Assembly (NCBI GenBank): GCA_964572255.1
Contig: CAZNEE010000003.1
Span: forward strand, 182,539 to 246,538
Reading direction: 5' to 3'
DNA length: 64,000 bases
Source of the DNA: an uncultured Planctomycetia bacterium
GTDB taxonomy: Bacteria; Omnitrophota; Gorgyraeia; Tantalellales; Tantalellaceae
This document shows, piece after piece, positions 21,001-23,912 of the stretch; the stretch's first letter is position 1, and every line of letters begins with the position of its first letter. Position numbers and translations under genes: made by a program. Below the pieces are notes generated by a model that worked only from the letters and a program-made list of their open reading frames with translations, did no database searches and was not told where the DNA came from.

Positions 21001-23524
21001 GGCTATTCCTGTCAGTCACTGAAGCTCCGGCGGCTCTTAGGCCCTCCTCATAATAATGAATAGTTGTGGTGGCAATATCCTGAAGAGAATTAAAGGTAAG
21101 GGTATAGTCGGCGACTTCTTCGCCTTTTTGCCTGGTTTCGTAATCAAACCATGTCAAACTTGAGCGTTTAGTGTCGTCAAGAGGATCTGTGATACCGCCG
21201 TTATACACAACATTCTGGCTCATCTTATCCAGAACGCCGGCGTCTTCCGCCCTTACTCCATTGGGTCCGTATAAATAAACTGTCGTGGATTTCACATCCC
21301 CGTTACGGGTATATCTTTCACTGTAATCCACTACCTCTTCGCCTTTAAGACGGCCGTCAAAATCATAATAGGTGATAGAATCAACTTTATCTTCAAATCC
21401 GACTAAAGTGCCGTCGGGATTAACTGCCGCATCCATATCTACCGGATCGGGGCCCCGGTATGTGACAACGAGGCTTAATCTGCTCTCGACATCGACATCG
21501 GGCGAAGAAGCTTTATAATGATCTGCCTCATAAAGATATACCGTGGTCGAGACAAGGTCCTGTCGCGAGTTATATTTTTCAGTATGGCTTCTTACCTCTT
21601 CCCCTTTATCCCTGTTCTCATGATCAAAATATGTTATGCTCACCAGGTCCTCTTCATACCCGTCCAGCTTGCCGTCGGCAGGAGCCGCATCTGCCGTATC
21701 CGGAGGGATCTCCCCGCGGTACTGAACGGTCTTGGCCATCTTATCATCGGGCTCGGCAAATTCCGCTCTTATCACATTGCCGGTCAAATCTCCCGTAGTA
21801 AGATCCCGTTCAGCGTAGTAATAAAATGTCGTATCTGTCGGGATGCCGCCTGTTGTGTACTGGATAGTATAATCCGCGGTCTCCTCACCTTTAAGCCTGC
21901 CGATAAAATAATAAAAAGTGGCCGATTTCATTTTCGCGTCAGGATCGATATTGCTATCCTCATCCACGGCATCACCCCAATAAGTGATCGACTTCGACAT
22001 GGGCATATAGGGAGGCGCATCGGCGGCGCGCAGCTCCTCTTCACCATAAAAATAAACTGTCTCTTCTACCACTTCGCCATGCGAATAAGTCTCGGTATGG
22101 TCAAGCACTTGCTCATCCGCAAGGCGGTTCTCGGTATGATAATATGCTATATTCATGATCCTGTCTAAGTATTCATCATCGATCTGGCCGTCGCCGTCTT
22201 TATCAATATCGTCAGGGTCGACTTCCCCCTCAAAGGTAACGACTTTCTCCTGCGGATCGCTCGGATCCGCATCTTCTGCGCGTTTTCCGCCGAGATAAAA
22301 GGTGACCATCGTACGGGCGACTTCGCCGTTTTCTCTGAATGTCTGCGTATAGTCCTGCATTTCTTTATCTACTTCACCGGTATAATACGTTATGCTTGTC
22401 AGGACACCTGTACCATCCAGTAAAGCGTCCGCGTCACTAACATCTCTTGTTGAGTAAGTCCTTACCTCCCTTAATATCCTTTCCTCATCCCCCTCATCAT
22501 ATGGGTCGCCGTTCTCGTCCACGTAAACAAATTCCTGTCTGGTGGTTATCTTGCCCGTTATCTTATCGCGGGTTATGCGCATGGCGATCCTGTTCATATC
22601 GCCGTCCCCGTCAAAGAACGACTCTTCAATAAGTATCCAGCCGTCCTTACTTTCATCTTCGGGATCTTTCCCTCTTATGTAATATTTAAGGGTTTTTGAT
22701 ATATCATCGCCGTCGTACTCATAATCCGTGCGGTAAACCGGCTCGTATTCTTCAGCGCCTTCAGTATCCGGGTGCAGGTCCAGCGCATATCCGGAAAGGA
22801 TATGATCTATCTTCTCCTCATCCAGCATGCCTACATAGACAGTCTCTCTGATCTTGTGCTCATCTTCCGGATTATCAACATCGCGATACCCTATCCAGTA
22901 TTCCTCCCCTGTTTCCTCGTTTATTGTCTTTGTCGCGCCTGGCTCCCATCTTCTCCAGTCCTGAAGTGACTGGCGCGTAATATCGAAGGTCTCTATTTTT
23001 GAAAGGGTTTTCTGGTCTTCTAAATACTGCAGGTCGTTAAAAAGGTGCATATCCTCAATGGGGTCCTGCCCTGTCATGGTATATTCCGGTGAACCGACCC
23101 CGCCCGAAGAACCCTGTTTTTTCTTAAGGGGCACCGCTTCTTCCCCTTCTTGAACAGGTCTATCGAGAAGCTCCATCAGATCTTCCTTGCCCATTCTCTG
23201 ACGGATGATATCTTCGTGTCTTCTCTGCTGGCGTTTTAAATGAGACGGTGAGAAACGGTTTGTCTTGTCATATTCTTCCGGGGTAGGCAGGAGTTCTTCC
23301 GCAACACCGCTTTTTCTCTGATACCTATAAACATCTGAGAAACCTGTCTGCTGGATAAAAAATATAAATGCAACAAAAAAGGATATGGTTCTTAACCATA
23401 TCCTTTTTCTTCGAGCGGTTTGAACCTCGATAAAACCGCCTGTATATAAAGAATCATACCCGGTATCTCCGGTCATATGATCCGCTGAATAGACACTATT
23501 CTTTTTATCACCATTATTCTTCAT
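1..23524 (-). CDS. Giant repeat-rich protein with an N-terminal signal-anchor. Partial: the C-terminal end lies beyond the left window edge.
   Basis: I translated the minus strand by hand from the ATG (complement of 23522-23524) to position 1. It is one uninterrupted frame of 7,841 codons with no stop. An in-frame TAA lies 9 codons upstream of the ATG. The SD-like AGGTG (complement of 23529-23533) sits 4 nt upstream of the ATG. Protein-like periodic sequence is conserved through ~57 tandem copies. The gene is absent from the supplied ORF track only because it has no stop inside the window. Confidence 0.85.
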   Translation of the reverse strand, partial: MKNNGDKKNSVYSADHMTGDTGYDSLYTGGFIEVQTARRKRIWLRTISFFVAFIFFIQQTGFSDVYRYQRKSGVAEELLPTPEEYDKTNRFSPSHLKRQQRRHEDIIRQRMGKEDLMELLDRPVQEGEEAVPLKKKQGSSGGVGSPEYTMTGQDPIEDMHLFNDLQYLEDQKTLSKIETFDITRQSLQDWRRWEPGATKTINEETGEEYWIGYRDVDNPEDEHKIRETVYVGMLDEEKIDHILSGYALDLHPDTEGAEEYEPVYRTDYEYDGDDISKTLKYYIRGKDPEDESKDGWILIEESFFDGDGDMNRIAMRITRDKITGKITTRQEFVYVDENGDPYDEGDEERILREVRTYSTRDVSDADALLDGTGVLTSITYYTGEVDKEMQDYTQTFRENGEVARTMVTFYLGGKRAEDADPSDPQEKVVTFEGEVDPDDIDKDGDGQIDDEYLDRIMNIAYYHTENRLADEQVLDHTETYSHGEVVEETVYFYGEEELRAADAPPYMPMSKSITYWGDAVDEDSNIDPDAKMKSATFYYFIGRLKGEETADYTIQYTTGGIPTDTTFYYYAERDLTTGDLTGNVIRAEFAEPDDKMAKTVQYRGEIPPDTADAAPADGKLDGYEEDLVSITYFDHENRDKGEEVRSHTEKYNSRQDLVSTTVYLYEADHYKASSPDVDVESRLSLVVTYRGPDPVDMDAAVNPDGTLVGFEDKVDSITYYDFDGRLKGEEVVDYSERYTRNGDVKSTTVYLYGPNGVRAEDAGVLDKMSQNVVYNGGITDPLDDTKRSSLTWFDYETRQKGEEVADYTLTFNSLQDIATTTIHYYEEGLRAAGASVTDRNSLNVVYSGEIADIQAATDARGILVGAEEQLSSMNYMHYEGRIKGEEINDYTERYNADQEVSRTVVYLYEAGLQRAAGSDTGDRMSRQVTYRGQIDPLNPDTEPDGVIDAHVSQLDSVSFFDFATRLKGEEVLDYTYNYDKTGTVVKNVSIYYYEGDKRAVDATPEDAMIQQDSHRTDSLASALADITTRKSSTFFDIHLGKGEEIGDFTYSYKPDGVTVKTVNILYYGDNDDRASVSESYFPLSKQDSHDAASITEAVNNIDTRISTTRFDTHLGKGSEVSDYTYSYASNGTTVTSVGIFYYEGDKRASAAFLADAMIQQDTHRADSLQNALDDIETRRSSTFFDIHNGKGEEIADYSYNYAGNGTDVRTVNVFYYNGEIRASLASTNDEMVRQDSYRKSSIDEVDDTTFEDRKSSTYFDIHLGKGDEIADYVYSYASNGTTVRTVGVFFYDGGVRASLAGVDDPLVQQDTHRTISIDLVENDNRVSSTFFDTHLGKGDEITDYTYTYGAGGTVVRSIGVFYYEGGNRADLAGADDALIQQDTHKADTIGDVNNSNRKASTFFDIHLGKGEEIADYTYSYSDGVNVKSVGVFYYEGERRASVARAADAMIRQDSHKTDSIGNVALDNRRSSTYYDIHLGKGDEVADYSYSYASNGTTVRTVGVFLYEGNVRASLAVAEDAMIQQDTHKTDSINSIAEENRKSSTFFDIHLGKGDEISDYTYTYANDGTTVRSVGIFYYQGGVRASEAGLEDAMVQQDTHKADSIYEIADTNRKNSTFFDIHHGKGDEIVDYTYNYAGDGTTVRTVSVMYYEGNNRASLAGTDDALIRQDTHNITSISAVEDANRTNSTFFDIHHGKGEEVADYTYNYASDGITVRTVGVMYYEGDVRASLAKVEDAMVQQDTHKTDSISKVALDNRRSSTFFDVHLGKGDEVADYTYNYDSTGTVVRTVGVFYYQDDVRASLAEVTDALIQQDSHRTDSIDNVKDENRTSSTFFDIHLGKGDEIANYNYGYASDGTSVRTVGIFFYQGNVKASEASSEDAMIQQDTHKTDSISNVALDNRTSSTFFDIHLGKGEEIADYIYNYTSNGTTVKTVGVFYYQGDVRASLAEHEDALVRQDMHRTDSIGTIALDNRVNSTFFDPHLGKGEEIADYTYSYASNGTTVRTIGIMYYEGGERADLAEAEDAMIQQDTYAADKDHTDQDAIDYVDEVNKTNRKSSTFFEIHLGKGDEVADYTYSYASDGTTVRTVSVLYYEGEKRASEVGSQDALVRQDTHKADSIYNIADTNRKSSTFFDIHLGKGDEIADYTYSYAGDGTTVRNVLVLYYEGDNRANLAGSEDAMIRQDTHKTDSILKIADANRKSSTFFDIHLGKGEEITDYTYNYGGDGTTVRTVNIFFFEGERRASLARPEDAMIRQDTHKTDSIYKVADTNRVSSTFFDIHLGKGEEVADYTYNYAGDGTTVRTVGVFYYQGDKRASLAEVEDALSRQDTHKTGLISNAALANRRSSTFFETHLGKGDEIADYTYNYGGDGTTVRTVSVLYYQGAKRASLAGVEDAMIQQDTHKIASIFQVADTNRKSSTFFDIHHGKGEEIADYTYNYAGNGTTVRNVGIFYYEGGNRASLAGTEDAMIQQDTYKATEGHAGSDAISFINEASKENRRSSTFFDITHGKGGEIADYSYTYASNGTTVRTVNVFYYEDDNRASLAGSEDAMVQQDTHKADSIYKIADTNRKSSTFFDIHLGKGDEIADYSYNYAGDGTTVRTVGVFYYEGDKRASVAESEDAMIRQDTHKTDSIFQGAVSNRISSTFFDTTYGKGDEIADYTYTYSLDGTTVRSVGVFYYQGIKRASEAGTEDALVQQDTHKTDSIFKIADTNRKSSMFFDIHLGKGEEIVDYSYNYAGGGTTVRNVGIFFYQGGKRASEAGVEDAMIQQDTHKTDSIFKVAQTNRKSSTFFDIHLGKGDEIADFSYTYGSDGVSVRSIGVFYYQGEKRASLASVEDALIRQDTHKTDSILKIADTNRKSSTFFNTHLGKGSEIADYTYSYAGDGTTVRTVGVMYYEGDKRASVAGPEDALIYQDSHKTNSIGNVALDNRINTTFFDIHLGKGDEVADYTYTYASDGTTVRTIGVFYYQGGKRASEASSEDAMVQQDTHRAGSIYDIAETNRKSSTFFAVQHGKGEEITDYSYSYGSDGTTVRTVGVFYYVGGKRATLAESEDELIQQDTHKVDSIYKVAETNRRNSTFFDIHLGKGDEIADYSYNYSSNGTTVRTVGVFYYEAFKRASEASSQDAMIRQDTHKTNSIYSVTLTTRRSSTFFDVDHGKGNEIADYLYSYGGDGITVRTVSVFYYQGDIRASEAETEDALIRQDLHKTSAIDKIKYANRKSSTFFNTRFGKGDEIADFSYNYAGDGTTVRTVAVLYYEGGNRASGAAIEDAMEQQDTHKADSIYDIAQTNRKNTTFFATQLGKGEEIADYSYTYGLDGTTVRIVGVFYYHGGKRATLAEADDPLIRQDTHKIDSIFNIADTNRKSSTFFDTHLGKGDEIADYSYNYAGDGTTVRTVAVFYYEGETDPVRADLANVEDAMVQQDTHKIDSIYNVTTTTRRSSTFFDIHLGKGDEIADYNYSYGGDGEFVRTVGVFYYEGEPDPVRASLASVEDALVRQDTHKAGSIDLVENANRKSSTFFDTTHGKGEETADYSYNYGYDGSTVRTVSVFYYTGEKRASLSDPEGALIRQDTHIATSIWEVAQSNRKSSTFFNTRFGKGDEIADYSYSYASDGATVRNVSVMFYQDGKRASLASTEDALIQQDTHKTDSILKIANTNRKSSTFFDHRFGKGDEIVDYTYTYAGDGTTVRTVGIMFYQGAKRASEAEIEDALIQQDTHKTDSILNVALSNRKNSTFFDIHLGKGDEIADYTYNYGYDGETVRSIGIFYYKDTTALRASLASTEDAMVQQDTYKTTEGHTGSDAILFIDEVNKTNRKSSTFFDIHLGKGNEISDHTYNYGGDGVSVRSVGVFYYSGEKRASLAEAEDLLIRQDSHNASSVDLIAEGNRKSSTFFDTHLGKGDEIADFTYNYASDGTTVKTVGIFYYEGDKRAISAGSEDAMIQQDSYQTEEGERGDDAIDFIDTGTKEGRKSSTFFSIRFGKGDEVSDYTYSYASGGTIVKTVGIFYYQGIKRANEASSEDAMVRQDTHKTDSILNVSLSNRRNSTFFDIHLGKGDEISDYTYNYGVGGTVVRTVGVFYYQGDNRASVAGSQDALIRQDTYKVSHITQVNDATKEYRKNSTFFDIHLGKGSEIVDYTYNYGGDGTSVRSVGVFYYQGEKRANTAEADDVLIRQDTHVAASVDLAENANRKSSTFFDAHIGKGDEIADYTYSYGNDGTTVKTVGVFYYEGNKRASLASDEDSLIQQDTYEVGGIGEVNDTTKENRKSSTFFDITYGKGDEIADYTYSYALGGTIVKTVGVFFYDDNKRAGEASSEDALMKQDSHRADSILSITDTTRRSTTFFDVRLGKGDEIADYTYNYASDGTTVRTIGIFYYQGERRASEAGTEDAMIQQDSYKAAEGFTDQDAVDHIDIATKKERRSSTFFDIHFGKGGEIADYIYNYGSDGTSIRSVGVFYYYGEKRAFLAESEDVLIRQDTHITDSIDNIAIINRKSSSFFDAHLGKGDEIVDYTYNYGGDGSTARTVGVFYYLGEKRASESGVEDVMVRQDTHVATSIGEISEDNRKSSTFFDANLGKGDEIADYTYTYASDGTTVITVGVFFYEGGVRASAAGIEDAMIRQDTHKTDSILNISITTRRSSTFFDTHLGKGDEVSDYTYNYAADGTTVRTVGVFFYQGDKRASEANTSDAMIQQDTHKADSIFAAAVSNRKSSTFFYTGLGKGEEISDYTYTYGGDGATVRTVGIFYYQDTTQVRASLASTEDAMVQQDTYKTVVGFTGEDAINYIDEENKTNRKSSSIFDIHLGKGNEIVDYTYNYGGDGISVRTVGVFYYSADAKRASLVEAEDVMVRQDTHVTNSINTIADTNRRSSTFFSTVLGKGDEIADYSYSYRSDGTTARTVNIFFYQGGVRASEAGTEDAMIKQHTYETTSILLVADTNRKSTTFFDIHLGKGDEIVDYSYGYRSDGTTVRSVSISYYWGGKRASLAESEDAMIQQDSYKAVEGHEGDDAIQFIDEENKTTRTSSTFFDTRFGKGDEIADYSYGYKKGGTTVRTISIFYYQGEVRASLAGTEDAMVRQDTHKAFSIGEVAISNRRSSTYFDIHIGKGNEITDFTYNYAANGTTVAEVSIFYYVGEKRASAAEADDAMIRQDTYKATAGFTGEDAVDHIDPANIKSSTFFDIHLGKGDEIADYSFNYKNTIVTSRTTYFYHTDADNFARASDAGVTIDSYMTMTEARRGAFTTSSLKQVAYFRGDEKGEEQIAWSQEYKYHIEEVITTTIYEYNTDDSMKRSTVYKDDTVRIPSAPDYLAPDPGTLGLVKKSETWFQGDKGDEIADYTDMFKEDGTEIDVRTTYFYRTDSNRYEGAALASLDPNSYMTKSRAVRDPLGTQRLRQISYYENEERGEEQTAWSQEYNYMGDEVRTTTLYAYNSDGSMQSSTVYKDDTERGPPGVLDPAPRPDPADLGIKLSRTVFAGYKGEEIADYTDSFTASEDVYTRTRYFYYSPADRYARATETGVSPDSFMTMSEVRRGTDPAGALKQISYYENEEKGEEQVSWTQEYDYTGSNVITTTIYTYDPDDRNLKFTSVYKDDEVRTPESKNPKVDPPVVPVPPLGVLKSQTWFVGDKNEEIANYTDNYKGDGTTTDTRTYFYYFVDNTDKYIRATDSRVNPDSYMTKSVIIRDPLGADPRMKQVSYYRGDVKGEEQVDFSQDYKYDGLTVKTTTIFDYNDATDGSMKSSTVYKDTVERTPESDYPRTIPPSADLGAIKSQTWFVGGKGEEISNYTDNYKLSGNFDTRTWYQYHTDAERYAYATDSDIRPDSYITRTVTRRGQAPDALIKQETYYKNPVKGEELISWSQEYNYLATAIKTTTNYNYDAEDALVSTVVYRDEIGIVADYTSGTVAIDEDGLGDDDAVRRNMTVFVGDKGEEIADYASSYTNGIESVRTKYYYFASDANRYAEASDTQINVDSYMTKTISRRDPAGVNKLKQAAYYIGTEKGEEQIRWTQEYNFNENVKTTTIYEYGNIDDRLVRTTVYKDDTERGPAAPGDPAPAPDPVALSLEKESRTFYQLERGEEIIDYVINYKNDIEDSKITYYYNTDSDRYTQAADAEVYSYITRTINVRIRQSGQYTSQVSYYKNAEKGEEQISWSQEYSFNGTQVRTTTVYTYNPDDSLQKSTIYIDGEERFQDLGVEPPELGPEAEVFTLDKKSETVYHGDRGEEIIDYTDSFRNNALTTRTWYYYFINDSDDDHKYARASTPGIGPASYLTRTITTRGDDELTSPVKQISYYEGDEKGEERISFSQDYNASEEVRTTTLYVYDPANDNSLKYTTIYKDDVVRTPDSDNPHTIPPSAALGAKRSQTWYSGGKGDEITDYTDVFLPDESVFTRTWYYYYTDAGRYTEATAPDIRSDSYMTRSITVRGTDPLAVKQISYYEGEEKGEERLNWSQEYRYDGTTVKTTSKYTYRPDGSMEISTVYRKELGLSVDTDLGTFSIADPDAVMKISETYYHGYAGAELSHYTDNYKRDGETIDNRTWYYYFNFDPLKGRYSLADEEGVSEESFMTKSETRRGTDIADTLQQATYYRNEERGEEQVLWIYAYRTDGTNIRNTTIYYYDDAATGALTHTVTYNKKEGLDIDEDNGVINAVNEPPALRRTETWFVGALSYEIADYTISYSKEGRGAPGPDEFDNTQITVNFYGDGQQRASDTVFETPKVSSTTFNTEKLLEGDLITDIVPLVHSDYTTGRRSKTFFIGDYNEEISDYAWIYTSGDPVNKLHINQYLYAADYTTASNASRSDYMAKVVSRFAADEISSELDLIRTTLEDAYTYFEDEDYNQGENALDQAIAWVTDLHDRGEADRDFLDPLLQALDNARVLLPGQTYGEYHLGQISRAIELVIFGQTYGVVLSSETYYKGGVGEESTDMIAYYTHDENGMDYVSNTAIYLYYDDLNGDGWFDPGTETGYKRAHEAGTDYTDVQTIRTFEGDLRYFQSVRSDIYYDADGKMMQFSEEGRTSTGMYYEFTRENITYNEDGNIASYEESGRRGDQTYHFEMHDMEYDEKDRNIFSRRIEYEEFDEAALEASYQIAVNSREIRDALFYVVPMDPPMEAGVLPYLDTAHDQIVSAINRNWENKEQEFLRMMNDINNALNFLSNISTMLTNRLPLAQEIAQLDPSSDFVQTLQDAIDAVESMADECNVILSYWITPWPLDSAVIADISPRLQELEDQIDLVIPEVEGIYDQVVNLYNTHEDDYLLFLQGSEMSLDKMLMTEVTTVYTTEAGGDVAYINSVTQGISQPGMVTKTTSSIKYDKVGESLVNPTFIEGETYNYHLVEGGGEAFNLKHLIMNYHDHQGYETEYDALIAGAGDWGWIDRLVGNYYHVGILNTDTGINYGVNVGSIDFSRTLAEEYDERGNLVSQVIESGNVRDFGETTEEEIIHTTRRMTSTFEDPLSSRQSQEEGYSLAYPSMTKVLSERTTEDYYGDADQNNDGIIDGDAVRKTTTVNVFNISDTDISNPAHAPLQIESTTITEYLTDSDNSVESTEVHTYTYDSYPPATDADAYDPEEYDIRYEIAAEHIEKVGGSVLSGDTQTINELLQSEVYIDNNDLDADALINLSSVVNTYFESETVSYFWGDIFTGTWYYYDVIEAADEIIEWINDYGTYNGWYGTTHTITGPFGIKITYETNEGQQLAWQIINVLSAALTKAQTADQKAQEILNRDPSNPAYIALKQKTADAVSDIQDALDQWDQIDGEEPDLLDLVIDARNALSVAYATAIQALAEINNVRGIVATGVKDYEAATNPEFMDVTYHRDQTGDLLYTEKLADGEMDVDFFGINADVMEVVNKAVTPADPFFNISE
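3550..7940 (-). repeat. About 10 in-frame tandem coding repeats of ~440 bp (~146 aa) inside gene A.
   Basis: The unit recurs 10 times with consensus (T)RT[WY][YF]YY..D..RY..A.D....PDSYMT[KR][ST]...R....A....KQ[IV]SYY.N.EKGEEQ[IV]SWSQEY.Y.G..V.TTT.Y.Y..DDS...[ST]TVYKDD..R.P, followed by a Pro-rich linker and ..SQTWF.G.KGEEI.[DN]YTD.[FY]. Modules start RTTYFYHTDADNF, RTTYFYRTDSNRY, TRTRYFYYSPADRY, TRTYFYYFVDNTDKY, TRTWYQYHTDAERY, RTKYYYFASDANRY, KITYYYNTDSDRY, TRTWYYYFINDSDDDHKY, TRTWYYYYTDAGRY and NRTWYYYFNFDPLKGRY. Confidence 0.75.
7940..20640 (-). repeat. About 57 in-frame tandem coding repeats of 216 bp (~72 aa) inside gene A.
   Basis: Translation gives a repeated unit with consensus ~TVRTVGVFYYQGDKRAS[EL]AGxEDAMIQQDTHKTDSIxxIADTNRKSSTFFDIHLGKGDEIADYTYNYAGDG. 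I counted 57 occurrences of the FFDxHLGKGxEIADY[TS]YxY core. Antisense shadow ORFs across 8-20 kb show the same periodicity. Copies are ~70% identical at the DNA level but strongly conserved at the protein level. Confidence 0.85.
20640..22000 (-). repeat. Degenerate, longer (~100 aa) relatives of the 72-aa module at the N-terminal side of gene A.
   Basis: Segments such as VDSITYYDFDGRLKGEEVVDYSERYTRNGDVKSTTVYLYG, SSMNYMHYEGRIKGEEINDYTERYNADQEVSRTVVYLYEAG and DSVSFFDFATRLKGEEVLDYTYNYDKTGTVVKNVSIYYYEG share the core [FY][FY]D...R.KGEE[IV].DYT..Y.....V..T.VY.Y. Confidence 0.45.
23338..23407 (-). other. N-terminal signal-anchor / transmembrane helix of gene A.
   Basis: Residues ~40-62 read RRKRIWLRTISFFVAFIFFIQQTGF. 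A basic stretch is followed by an ~20-aa hydrophobic segment after a ~40-aa N-terminal tail. Confidence 0.5.
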
Positions 23525-23912
23525 TTCACACCTACTAGCTTCCAGCACTTATTTATATCAAAGTTAAATACTTTTATTAATACTTTATAAAAAACTTAAA
23601 TAACATGCATAAAAAAAAGAGATTTCCACATCTCTCCCCTTTTTCCTGATACAGTATAATTATATCATATATATAGGTGAAATGCCTAAGAAAAAAATGC
23701 TAACTTTTTTTTACCTTACAAGACAGAGCTTAATAAGTATCCTTTTCCGGGATTATGAGTTATAAGTCCTTAAAAATGAAGAATTTAAGCAGCTAAATGT
23801 ACCTTTTTGTTGTTTTGCTTTTGCAATGAAAATTATTATCTTTCTCTAATACAGCTCGATCGTACCATAATATTTCTTGTTCTTCCGATAAACTTTAGCT
23901 ATACTTTATGCG
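23525..23912. promoter_or_regulatory. AT-rich divergent intergenic region between gene A (minus) and the glycosyltransferase gene (plus). It probably holds both promoters.
   Basis: 388 bp, very AT-rich, non-coding in all frames. On the minus strand an extended -10-like TGATATAAA (complement of 23551-23560) lies ~27 nt upstream of the gene A ATG. TATAAT-like motifs occur on the plus strand (for example cagTATAATtat near 23653-23658). A short AT-rich hairpin AGAGAT-ttccac-ATCTCT at 23618-23635 is followed by a T8 run on the minus strand. Confidence 0.35.

Noticed and set aside
938-22969. Dozens of plus-strand ORFs of 60-216 aa listed in the track (for example 2408..2851, 4811..5224, 14348..14752, 15860..16276, 17626..18099 and 21518..22168).
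   Set aside because: All lie antisense to the continuous minus-strand giant frame. Their periodic resemblance to each other reflects the sense-strand repeats. There are no starts with an SD and no independent coding signal.
23610-23646. Hairpin AGAGAT-ttccac-ATCTCT followed by T8 on the minus strand. A possible intrinsic terminator or attenuator just upstream of the gene A start.
   Set aside because: The stem is 6 bp and AT-rich, so stability is marginal. Nothing upstream on that strand needs termination. It is more likely part of the AT-rich promoter region.
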